Positions 39,169 through 47,764 of a stretch of DNA of 64,000 nucleotides are shown piece by piece. The position numbers were made by a program, and so were the translations under genes. The notes beneath the pieces are model-generated. The model was not told where the DNA came from. It saw only the letters and a program-made list of their open reading frames with translations, and made no database searches. Source of the stretch: an uncultured Pseudomonadota bacterium (GTDB taxonomy: Bacteria; Myxococcota_A; Polyangia; Fen-1088); the NCBI GenBank assembly GCA_963847705.1, contig CAWKBC010000027.1, positions 384,001 through 448,000 on the forward strand. Reading direction: 5' to 3'. Each line of letters begins with the position of its first letter. Position 1 is the stretch's first letter.

Positions 39169-41151
39169 ATGAAGCTCCGCCTGCCCGCCCGGGCTCTGGT
39201 GATCGCTCTGGCGACGGGCATGATGAGCCTGGCGATGGGCGGCTCAGCCGAGGCGCGGGGCCGGACGCGCAACGTCGTTCTCTTCATCGCCGACGGGTTG
39301 CGGCCGTCGTCGCTGAATCCCACCGACGCGCCGACCCTGGTTCGGCTGCAGAAGGAAGGCGTCTTCTTCGCCAACAGCCACTCGCTCTATCCGACGGTCA
39401 CCACCGCCAACGCCTCGGCGCTGGCCACGGGACATCAGCTGGGCGACACCGGCAACTTCGCCAACACCATTTACAACGGCGCCCGGGTCGTCAACAGCGG
39501 GACACCCTTCATCGAGGACGACGAGGTCCTGGCGGAGCTCGACGCTCAGACGGGCGGCAACTACCTGGGCGAAGCGACGCTGCTCGCCGTCGCGCGGGCC
39601 CGCGGGTTCAGCACCGCGGCGGTCGGGAAGGTCGGGCCGACCCTGATCCAGGACGTCACGCAGGGCGATCGTTCGGTGAAGATGCCGGCGACGATCTTCA
39701 TCGACGACCGAACGGGAACCGGGAAGGGGGTGCCGCTCGCTCCGGCGATCGCCACGGCGTTGACCGCCGCGCTCGGCAGCGCGACACCGCCGGCGCGGAA
39801 CAGCAAGCCGCCGACACCCGAGGACAACGGCTATTCGGGGAGCAGCCAGACGCCGGGGACACGCGTGGCCAACCTTCGCCAGCAGGAGTTCCTGGCCGAC
39901 GCCGTCACCAAGGTCATCCTGCCCGCCTTCAAGCAGCGGGGAAAGCCGTTCGTGCTGGTGTTCTGGTCACGAGATCCAGACGCCACGCAGCACAACCAGG
40001 GCGACAGCCTGGGGGACCTCGCCACCGGCATCAACGGACCGACCTCGCGCAGCGCGATCCACAACGCCGACCAGACCCTGCGCCGCATCCTGGCCGCAGT
40101 GGAGGGCGACCCGGCGCTCGCCGAGACGACCGATGTCGTCGTGACCTCGGACCATGGCTTTTCGACCATCAGCCGGCGTGACGTCGACGCCGAGGGGCAC
40201 CCGTCGCAGAGCCCGTCGACGAAGCGGCGCGCGCCCGACGTTCGCCCGGGTGATCTGCCGCCGGGGTTCGTGGCGATCGACGTCGCCGCGCACCTGGGGC
40301 TGAAGCTGTGCGATCCCGACAGAGTGGCGCTGGGAGTCGACGGCCAGTCGGGCTACGCGCCGGTTGGCCCCCAGGAGCACCCGTCGCTGGGGAACGGGCT
40401 CATCGGGCCGAGCTGCGTCGTCAAAAACCCGCACGACGGCAAGGTCATCGTCGCGGCGAATGGTGGGACGGACCTCATCTACGTGCCCGACGGCGACGCC
40501 GCCCGGATCGCGGAGGTGGCGACGTTCCTTCTCGGACAGGACTACGTCGACGCAATCTTCGTCGATGGCCCACCCAACCTGGTGCCGGGCGCGCTCAGTC
40601 TGCGCGACATCAACCTCGCGGGGAGCGCGCTCCTGCCGAAGCCCGCGATCGTCGTCGCGCTCAAGACCTTCAGCCGGGATCCCCGCGAGCCCCTCCGCAG
40701 CCAGGTCGACGTCTCCGACACGACGCTGCAACAGGGGCAGGGGGGACACGGCAGCTTCGGCCGCGCCGACGTCACCAACACGATGATCGCCTTCGGGCCC
40801 GGCTTCAAACGTGGGTTCGTCGATCGCTCGCCCGCCAGCAACGCCGATCTCCCCGTCACGCTCGCGCACCTCCTGGGCCTCGCCCTGCCGAGCCGCGGAC
40901 AGTTGCGCGGTCGCGTCCTTGCCGAGGCCCTCGCGGGCGGCCCGCCCGCCGTCAGGGCGACGTGTGGCGAGGCGGTCGCGACGCCGGGCACGGACGGGCT
41001 CCGGACGGCTTTGCATTTTCAGATGATGGCGGGCGTCCGTTACCTCGACGCCGCCAGGAAGTTCAGCGGCCCGAGCGTCTGGGGCGACGCCTTCGACGGT
41101 CTTCCGTGCAGCCTGCCGAGGCGCGATCTGAAGGCCACCACGAAGCACTGA
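39169..41151 (+). CDS. Alkaline phosphatase superfamily protein (NPP/PafA type, Thr nucleophile)
   Basis: Signal peptide; ADGLR, PTVTTAN, DATQH, SDHG and GGHG motifs. Confidence 0.87.
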   Translation: MKLRLPARALVIALATGMMSLAMGGSAEARGRTRNVVLFIADGLRPSSLNPTDAPTLVRLQKEGVFFANSHSLYPTVTTANASALATGHQLGDTGNFANTIYNGARVVNSGTPFIEDDEVLAELDAQTGGNYLGEATLLAVARARGFSTAAVGKVGPTLIQDVTQGDRSVKMPATIFIDDRTGTGKGVPLAPAIATALTAALGSATPPARNSKPPTPEDNGYSGSSQTPGTRVANLRQQEFLADAVTKVILPAFKQRGKPFVLVFWSRDPDATQHNQGDSLGDLATGINGPTSRSAIHNADQTLRRILAAVEGDPALAETTDVVVTSDHGFSTISRRDVDAEGHPSQSPSTKRRAPDVRPGDLPPGFVAIDVAAHLGLKLCDPDRVALGVDGQSGYAPVGPQEHPSLGNGLIGPSCVVKNPHDGKVIVAANGGTDLIYVPDGDAARIAEVATFLLGQDYVDAIFVDGPPNLVPGALSLRDINLAGSALLPKPAIVVALKTFSRDPREPLRSQVDVSDTTLQQGQGGHGSFGRADVTNTMIAFGPGFKRGFVDRSPASNADLPVTLAHLLGLALPSRGQLRGRVLAEALAGGPPAVRATCGEAVATPGTDGLRTALHFQMMAGVRYLDAARKFSGPSVWGDAFDGLPCSLPRRDLKATTKH

Positions 41152-41160
41152 CGGCGGGGC

Positions 41161-41367
41161 TCACGGCGCGCTCACCTCGCTCGCCACGGACCCGGTGTCT
41201 GTTCCGGCGTCCTCCGGCGGTGCCTGGAAGTCCGCTCCCAGACTGGAGTCGAAGTTCTCATCGATGGGCGGCGTCTGGTCGCATCCGACAAACGCGACGA
41301 CGGCGCCGCCGAGCGTGAGCCCCAGGATGACGATGCTCACGCGAAGGGTCGACAGCTTCCGAGACAT
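41161..41367 (-). CDS. Small putative lipoprotein
   Basis: Basic N-terminus, hydrophobic stretch, FVGC lipobox, acidic tail. Confidence 0.5.
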   Translation of the reverse strand: MSRKLSTLRVSIVILGLTLGGAVVAFVGCDQTPPIDENFDSSLGADFQAPPEDAGTDTGSVASEVSAP

Positions 41368-41580
41368 CACGACTCTTCAGGATTGCGAGGGACGTGCCAG
41401 CCGGCAGACCCAGCTCCGGCCATCTCTACCCATCTCCTGGCCCCCAGATCTTCGGCGGCCGCGGCCGGGTCACCAGCGACCACCGCCGATCTGACACCAG
41501 ACGCGCCGGGGGTGGAGACGATCTGGCAGCGCGATCGGGCGTAAAATATGTTCTGCTGTCCCGGACGTGGTGCGAGGTCG

Positions 41581-43203
41581 ATGAGAGTACGTCGCATCGC
41601 GCTTCTGCTCGCAGCTCTGCCGTCGACACTGGTCCTCGCATGCGAGCGCCAGCCCGGCCCGCCGATCGCCACCGGCCGGGCGGTCCGGGAGGCGGGCGTC
41701 GACGGCGAGTGGGATCGCGGCCCGTCGCGCGCCGACGCGTCTGCCGTCGACCGGTCAGGACGGGACGCCGGCCGCCGCGATGCGCTTCTGGACGCGGCAC
41801 CGGCTGACGCGGCACCGGCTGACGTGGCCTCGGTCGACGCGGGGCCGGTCGACGCGGCAGCCCTCGACGCCGCGCGCGGGGACGCGGTCAGCGACGCGGG
41901 CTTCGTGTTGCTGGGCGCGCCTCTGGTGTTCGCGCCCACGCCGCGTGGGTTCGGGCTCAGCGTCGTGCTGCGCTCGGGCGATCCCACCTCGCTCGCGCTG
42001 CGGGTGCGCGACGAGGAGCTGGCGGCCTGGTCGGTCCTGGGACCGCCGCTGTCGCCGGCGGTCGACATCGCCCAATGGACGGTGGACGGTCTCGCGCCGG
42101 GCCGCCGCTACGTCTACGAAGTTTCCGCACCAGGCGCCGCCGGTCAAACGGGCCCGGCAGGCTCGTCGGTTCCGCTCGATCCCGCTCTCCTTCTTTACAG
42201 TGGGAGTGCCGTCACGGCGCCGGCCCCGGGGACGCCATTCAGCTTCGCCCTCATCGCCGACACGCACATCGAGCCGCGCGATCCGGTTCCGCCCGACGAC
42301 ACCGTGAGCGACGACTTCTACGGGACGATGGAGACCACGCTGCGCGCTGTCACGGCTGAGGTCGCCGCTGCCAAGCCGGACTTCGTGATCAACTTGGGCG
42401 ACATGCTCGACTACCACCTGTTCGGGTTCAATGCCCCGCCGCCCGACGCCTCCTGGGCGCGCCTCGGTTATCTCAACTACCGCCGGCTGCTGGGCGACAC
42501 CGTCGGGAACGCGGCGCACTTTCCGGTCATCGGCAACTGGGACGGCGAGAGCGGTTGCAACACGCCCGATGAGATCGCGCGCTCGATGAGCCAGCGCCTC
42601 CTCTATGCGCCGGGCCCGGGGCCCGACACCTATCCCGAAGGGGGGAGCGCCAACGGCGACTACTACGCGTTCACCTGGGGCGACGCCCTGTTCATCGTCC
42701 TCAATGTCATGACTTACACGCCGACCTGCCACCTCCTCGGCAGTGGTTCCGGGCAGGCCGACGACTGGACGCTGGGCGCCACCCAGCTGGCCTGGCTCGA
42801 TCAGACCCTGGCCCAGGCGAGCTCGAAATGGCGCTTTCTCTTCATTCACCACACGGTCGGCGGCGCCGCGGGCGACGCGGACGATGCGGCCTACGGACGG
42901 GGCGGGGGACAGGCCGCCTACGTCGGCGAGCAGGCGACGATCCACGCCATGATGTTGCAGTACGGCGTGCAGGTCTTCTTCTACGCCCACGACCACGTCT
43001 TCACCGACATGGTCGTCGACGGCATTCACTATCTGCTGCCGGGGAGCGCGGGCGCGCCCTGGAAGTTCGATTCATCCGAGACCGGTTACACCCACTACTG
43101 GCCGGACTCGGGATACGCCCGCGTCCAGGTGACGCCAGAGCGTACGGAGATCGATCTGGTCTCCATCGACGGCGACATGCTGGAGGGGCTGACCCTGCCG
43201 TAG
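41581..43203 (+). CDS. Calcineurin-like metallophosphoesterase lipoprotein with FN3-like domain
   Basis: VLAC lipobox; ADTH, LGDMLD, GNWD, HH and AHDH motifs. Confidence 0.8.
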   Translation: MRVRRIALLLAALPSTLVLACERQPGPPIATGRAVREAGVDGEWDRGPSRADASAVDRSGRDAGRRDALLDAAPADAAPADVASVDAGPVDAAALDAARGDAVSDAGFVLLGAPLVFAPTPRGFGLSVVLRSGDPTSLALRVRDEELAAWSVLGPPLSPAVDIAQWTVDGLAPGRRYVYEVSAPGAAGQTGPAGSSVPLDPALLLYSGSAVTAPAPGTPFSFALIADTHIEPRDPVPPDDTVSDDFYGTMETTLRAVTAEVAAAKPDFVINLGDMLDYHLFGFNAPPPDASWARLGYLNYRRLLGDTVGNAAHFPVIGNWDGESGCNTPDEIARSMSQRLLYAPGPGPDTYPEGGSANGDYYAFTWGDALFIVLNVMTYTPTCHLLGSGSGQADDWTLGATQLAWLDQTLAQASSKWRFLFIHHTVGGAAGDADDAAYGRGGGQAAYVGEQATIHAMMLQYGVQVFFYAHDHVFTDMVVDGIHYLLPGSAGAPWKFDSSETGYTHYWPDSGYARVQVTPERTEIDLVSIDGDMLEGLTLP

Positions 43204-43218
43204 GCAGCGGCCGCCAGC

Positions 43219-44733
43219 ATGAAGATGACGGTCACGATGAACAGGATTTCGCTCGCCCTGCTCTTCGGAGGTCCGCTCCTGGTTGCGGTCGGCTGTAGCT
43301 CGAGCGGCGGATCGGGGGGGCCAGCTGGAAACTGGGGCGCCGGCGGAAGCGCGAGCGGTGGGACGACCGGCACCGGGGGAGCCGTCGTCGTCCCCATGCC
43401 GATCGACGCCGGCACGGGCGGCTGCACCTTCACCGGGACCTACGCGGTGAGCCCGGTGATCTCCACCGTCGGGATCGTCACCTTCGCGACGTTGCTCCCC
43501 AACCCGACGGAGGCGCACATCGACTTCGGCCTCGACACCTCCTACGGCATGACGGCGCCGGTCGACCTCACGCAACCCGGCTATCGAACGTTGCTGCTCG
43601 GCATGAAGCCCTCGAAGACCTACCACTTCCAGCTCTCGGCGAGCTCGGCCACCGACGGCGGCGTCCTCACCTGCACCAGCGGCGACCTCACGCTCATGAC
43701 CGGCGCGGCGCCCAACGGGATGCAAAACCCGACGATCACCACGAACGACGCCAGCGCGCTGTTCGGCGGATTTCTCGTCACCGGCCAGTACAACCAGGTG
43801 ATCATCGGCGGAACTTCGGCGGGCGCCCCGGCGTTCATCCTCGACAAGGACGGCACCTACGTCTGGTGGTACACGGTCGTCGGCAGCGACGCCACCGGGG
43901 TCACCATGAGCTACGACGGCAACTACATGTGGATCAACAGCGTGAACGTGCCGAGCCACATCGCCAAGGTGCACCGGGTGTCGATGGACGGGTTGATTGA
44001 CGAGGACCACTCGGACGAGTTCGCGGGCCTCAGCCATCAGCTCACGGTGCTGCCGGACGAGACGGTGGCCTTCTACGCCTACGGCACGAACGGCTGTGAC
44101 GACATCAAGCTGCGCGCGCCGGACGGCACGGTCACCACCGTCGTCAACGCCCAGACCGCGCACGGCGGGACCGACGCCTGCCACGTCAACGCGATCTTCT
44201 ACTCTCGCCCGGACGACACGCTGGTCTTCGGCGACCTCGACAACAACTGCCTCACCAAGATCACGCGAACCGGGACCACCGTCTGGGTCTTGAACGGCGG
44301 CGTCGACACCGGGCCCACCAGCTCGTTCAACGGCGGGGGCCTGGTCTGGCGCGGCGGCGAGCATGGCTTCCACATTCTCGGCCTCGACGACTTCGTCATC
44401 TTCAACAACAACGCGATTGCGCCGGCGGCGAGCAAGGTCAGCTGGGGCGCGGCCGCGGGAGACGGCACCGGCTCGTTCGGGATCGAGATCAAGCTCGACC
44501 TCACGGCGATGACGGCGACGCGGACCTGGGCCTACCAGGCGGTCGGGCTCGACGACAGCGTCCTCGGCGACGCCCAGCGCCTCCCCAACGGCAACACCAT
44601 GATCGACTTCTCGACGAAGGGATCGATCCAGGAGGTCGACGCCAGCGGCAACCTCCTGCAGGAGATCAAGACGACCACGAATTTCGGCTACCTGCAGAAG
44701 CGCGCCACGCTGTATGGTCCACCTCCCAGGTAG
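43219..44733 (+). CDS. Arylsulfotransferase (ASST)-like beta-propeller lipoprotein, paralogue 1
   Basis: AVGC lipobox; Ig-like N-domain; ILDKDG.YVW, SHQL, CHVNAIFY, GGEH, FNN and QRLPNGNT motifs. Confidence 0.65.
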   Translation: MKMTVTMNRISLALLFGGPLLVAVGCSSSGGSGGPAGNWGAGGSASGGTTGTGGAVVVPMPIDAGTGGCTFTGTYAVSPVISTVGIVTFATLLPNPTEAHIDFGLDTSYGMTAPVDLTQPGYRTLLLGMKPSKTYHFQLSASSATDGGVLTCTSGDLTLMTGAAPNGMQNPTITTNDASALFGGFLVTGQYNQVIIGGTSAGAPAFILDKDGTYVWWYTVVGSDATGVTMSYDGNYMWINSVNVPSHIAKVHRVSMDGLIDEDHSDEFAGLSHQLTVLPDETVAFYAYGTNGCDDIKLRAPDGTVTTVVNAQTAHGGTDACHVNAIFYSRPDDTLVFGDLDNNCLTKITRTGTTVWVLNGGVDTGPTSSFNGGGLVWRGGEHGFHILGLDDFVIFNNNAIAPAASKVSWGAAAGDGTGSFGIEIKLDLTAMTATRTWAYQAVGLDDSVLGDAQRLPNGNTMIDFSTKGSIQEVDASGNLLQEIKTTTNFGYLQKRATLYGPPPR

Positions 44734-44736
44734 CGC

Positions 44737-44765
44737 CGGAGCGTCCGCGGCCGCGCTCCGTTTTT
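44737..44765 (+). terminator. Rho-independent terminator
   Basis: CGGAGCG / CGCTCCG 7-bp stem followed by TTTTT, 3 nt after the stop codon. Confidence 0.65.
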
Positions 44766-44824
44766 GACAGAGCTCTTACCGGAAGACTGGAAACGACCAC
44801 CTCGCCGCAGCGTGGCGGTGTCCC

Positions 44825-44858
44825 TGTCTACCGACACAGGACACGTGTCTACCAATAC
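44825..44858 (+). promoter_or_regulatory. TGTCTA-N15-TGTCTA direct repeat (candidate operator) upstream of ASST paralogue 2
   Basis: TGTCTACCGACAC (44825) and TGTCTACCAATAC (44846), 21-bp period. Confidence 0.5.
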
Positions 44859-44946
44859 CGGGAAAAGTGACGGTTTTCGAGCCGGTTTCCGTAAAGGCCG
44901 TCACTGCTTCCCATATCCAATGATGAATTGGGAAAGGGGTTCGTCT

Positions 44947-46599
44947 ATGCGCGTGTCTCCGCCGGTCCTCTTATTCGGTTGTCTTCTCTCGGTCGGCATC
45001 GGCTGTGCCAAGGGCGAATTCATCGTGACGGGCGTTTACGGCGACACGGGCGGCTCCAGCGCGACCGGCGGCTCCTCGAGCGGAGGGAGCAACGGCGATA
45101 CGGGCGGCAGCCCCGGCACCGGCGGCAACCGCAGCGGCACGGGCGGCAACGTCAGCACCGGAGGCGCGACGGGGACTGGCGGCAGGGCAACGGGCGGCAG
45201 CAATGGGACCGGCGGCAGCTCGTCGACGGGCGGCAGCATCGGGACCGGCGGCAGCATCGGGACCGGGGGCAGCCCCGGGACGGGCGGCAGCGGCACCGGG
45301 ACCGGCGGCACCACCACCAGCTGCACCATCACCCCGAGCGCCTCGCCCAGCAGCAAGATCCCGACGGTCGGCATCGTGACCTTCACGACCACGCTGGCCA
45401 GCCCGACCTCCGCGAGCATCAAGTTCGGGCTCGACACGAACTACGGCATGACCGCCCCGGTCGACCTCACGCAGACGAACTACCGGACGCTGCTGCTCGG
45501 CATGAAGGCCTCGAAGACCTACCACTACCAGGTCACCGTCACCAACAGCAGCGGCAGCTGTACCAGCGCTGACCAGATGATCACCACGGGTGCCAAGCCG
45601 AACGGCGGTGGACTCCCCACTTTGACCATCACCACCAACAACAAGGCCGCGCTCTGGGGTGGCTTTCTGGTGATTGGCTCGTACCAGGGCGCGACGAATC
45701 AGTCGTTCATCCTCGACGCCGACGGCGACTTCGTCTGGTGGTACTCCGACGGCAGCGACGGCTGCGGGACCCGGATGAGCTACGACGGCAACTACATGTG
45801 GATCAACAACGGCAACGTTCCGGCAATGACCGGCACCACCCACGTGCACCGGGTGACGATGGACGGGTTGACCGACACGGACCTTTCGACACCGTTCAAC
45901 AACATGAGCCATCAGCTGACGCCGCTCCCGGACGGCAGCGTGGCCTTTTACGCCTCCGGATCGAACGGCTGCGACGACATCAAGATCTTCCCCGCCAACG
46001 GCACCGCGAGCAGCACGGCGACCACGGTGACGAACGCGCGGACGGCGCACGGCGGAACCGGCGCCTGCCACGTCAACAACATCGAGTACTCGCAGTCGGA
46101 TGACACGCTGGTCTTCTCGGACCTCGACAACGATTGTCTGACCAAGGTCTCGAAGACCACCGGCGCGATGGTCTGGGTCCTCAACGGGAACACCATGGGG
46201 ATCACCAGCACCTTCACCGGCGACCTGTGGAGCGGCGGCGAGCACGGATTTCACATGCTCTCTCCGACCGACATTCTGCTCTTCAACAACAATGACAGCG
46301 GCAGCAGCTCACAGGCCCTCGAGCTGACGCTCGATCTCACCGGGAAGAAGTCGACCAAGAAGTGGTCGTATGCCCCCAACCCCGGGATCCAGGTGCAGGT
46401 GCTGGGCGACGTGCAGCGGATGACCACCGCGGGGCCGAGCGGGGCCGGCAACGGCAACACCATCGTCGACTTCGGAACGGGAGACACGCTTCAAGAGGTC
46501 GACTCGAGCGGAACCCTGCTCCAGCAGATCAAGAGCCAGTATCCATTCGGATTTATGGAAAAGCGCGCCTCGCTTTACGGACCACCGACGAGGCAATGA
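44947..46599 (+). CDS. Arylsulfotransferase (ASST)-like beta-propeller lipoprotein, paralogue 2, with Gly/Thr linker
   Basis: GIGC lipobox; TGG linker; clearly similar to 43219-44733 (YGMTAPVDLTQ..YRTLLLGMK, SYDGNYMWIN, CHVN, GGEHGFH). Confidence 0.65.
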   Translation: MRVSPPVLLFGCLLSVGIGCAKGEFIVTGVYGDTGGSSATGGSSSGGSNGDTGGSPGTGGNRSGTGGNVSTGGATGTGGRATGGSNGTGGSSSTGGSIGTGGSIGTGGSPGTGGSGTGTGGTTTSCTITPSASPSSKIPTVGIVTFTTTLASPTSASIKFGLDTNYGMTAPVDLTQTNYRTLLLGMKASKTYHYQVTVTNSSGSCTSADQMITTGAKPNGGGLPTLTITTNNKAALWGGFLVIGSYQGATNQSFILDADGDFVWWYSDGSDGCGTRMSYDGNYMWINNGNVPAMTGTTHVHRVTMDGLTDTDLSTPFNNMSHQLTPLPDGSVAFYASGSNGCDDIKIFPANGTASSTATTVTNARTAHGGTGACHVNNIEYSQSDDTLVFSDLDNDCLTKVSKTTGAMVWVLNGNTMGITSTFTGDLWSGGEHGFHMLSPTDILLFNNNDSGSSSQALELTLDLTGKKSTKKWSYAPNPGIQVQVLGDVQRMTTAGPSGAGNGNTIVDFGTGDTLQEVDSSGTLLQQIKSQYPFGFMEKRASLYGPPTRQ

Positions 46600-46647
46600 C
46601 GAGGTAGAGTGGCGCCTGTTCCCTTCTCTTTCCGCGAGGTCTTCTCG

Positions 46648-47712
46648 ATGAGCCGAGCCCGATCGTTCCTTTGCGCCGCCGTCGCCTTGTTGTCCTCGAT
46701 GACGTTCTCCTGTGGGAGCAGCAGCAGCAGCAGCAGCTCCCAGAGCGTGACCTGCACCGACGGGACGATCATCGCGAACCCAGCCAACGACTACAGCTTC
46801 TCGAGCTCGCTGATGCTCCACCCGGTCAGCGTCAAGCCGTTGTCGGACCTGACGTTCAACTGGGGCAGCGTCACCAAGGACTTTCTCGGGCAGCCGGTCA
46901 ACGCCCAGACCGACCTGAACGCGATCTTCCTGTTGCTGGTGAACCTGCCGGCGGCGACGTTCGAGAAGCAGCTGAACAACGATTCGTTCTCCACCTCGTC
47001 GATTGTGATCCCGGGGCCCCCGCCCAGCTTTCTGCCGACCGGCGGCGTGACCACGACGACCCTCTACGACAACTTCATCAGCGCCAACGGGCCGGTCGAC
47101 TCGACCATGGCTGCGATGTACCTCGACGCCACGACCTACACGCCGAGCAACTCCACCTTCGTGATCGCGGCGCAGACCGGAACGAGCATGATCGGGACCG
47201 GGATCCGGATGTTGCAGTCCTTCGAGCTCGATCCTTCGTCGACCAACACCACGGTCAACCTGACCAACACCTCGACGACGCTCACCTACTCGGCGGATCT
47301 GCACAGCCTTCACCCGACCGGGGTTCCCGCGGGAACGGCCGCCCTCTCCCTCGACTGGACCACGCTGTCGACCAACGGGCTCGGCGAGACCCTCTCCGAC
47401 GACGGCAGTCCCGGAACCGTCCCCAGGACGAACATCGGGAACGCGATCGTCGGCCACTACACCCAGACGCCCTCGCAGCTGGAGAGCCAGTTCCTCGACC
47501 TGCAGACCATCGCGACCGACCTCTACAAGGCCGACATCCCCTCCGGGACGGTGCTCGATTTCACGACGCTGAAAGACGGCTCGGGCAACAGCTTTCCGGG
47601 CGTCGACGCGTCGGGGACCTGGCTGGTCGCCCTCATCTGCACCAACTGCCGCAACCCGGCGCCGTACTACCTGACGATCCTCGAGCCGGCCGCGCAGCCC
47701 TGCGCGAAGTAA
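46648..47712 (+). CDS. Uncharacterised lipoprotein with C-terminal CxxC (paralogue of 52307-53281)
   Basis: FSC lipobox followed by poly-Ser; NDYSFSSSL, W..VTKDFLGQP and GTWLVALICTNCRNPAP motifs. Confidence 0.75.
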   Translation: MSRARSFLCAAVALLSSMTFSCGSSSSSSSSQSVTCTDGTIIANPANDYSFSSSLMLHPVSVKPLSDLTFNWGSVTKDFLGQPVNAQTDLNAIFLLLVNLPAATFEKQLNNDSFSTSSIVIPGPPPSFLPTGGVTTTTLYDNFISANGPVDSTMAAMYLDATTYTPSNSTFVIAAQTGTSMIGTGIRMLQSFELDPSSTNTTVNLTNTSTTLTYSADLHSLHPTGVPAGTAALSLDWTTLSTNGLGETLSDDGSPGTVPRTNIGNAIVGHYTQTPSQLESQFLDLQTIATDLYKADIPSGTVLDFTTLKDGSGNSFPGVDASGTWLVALICTNCRNPAPYYLTILEPAAQPCAK

Positions 47713-47764
47713 CGGCCACCGCCGCCGCCCGGAGCTCCGCAGGCGTGGTGCCGCCGCCGGGAGC

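Noticed and set aside
35901-40181. 1426-aa plus-strand ORF
   Set aside because: It is an antisense shadow of the TPR gene plus an off-frame overlap of the phosphatase gene; Arg-rich with no motifs
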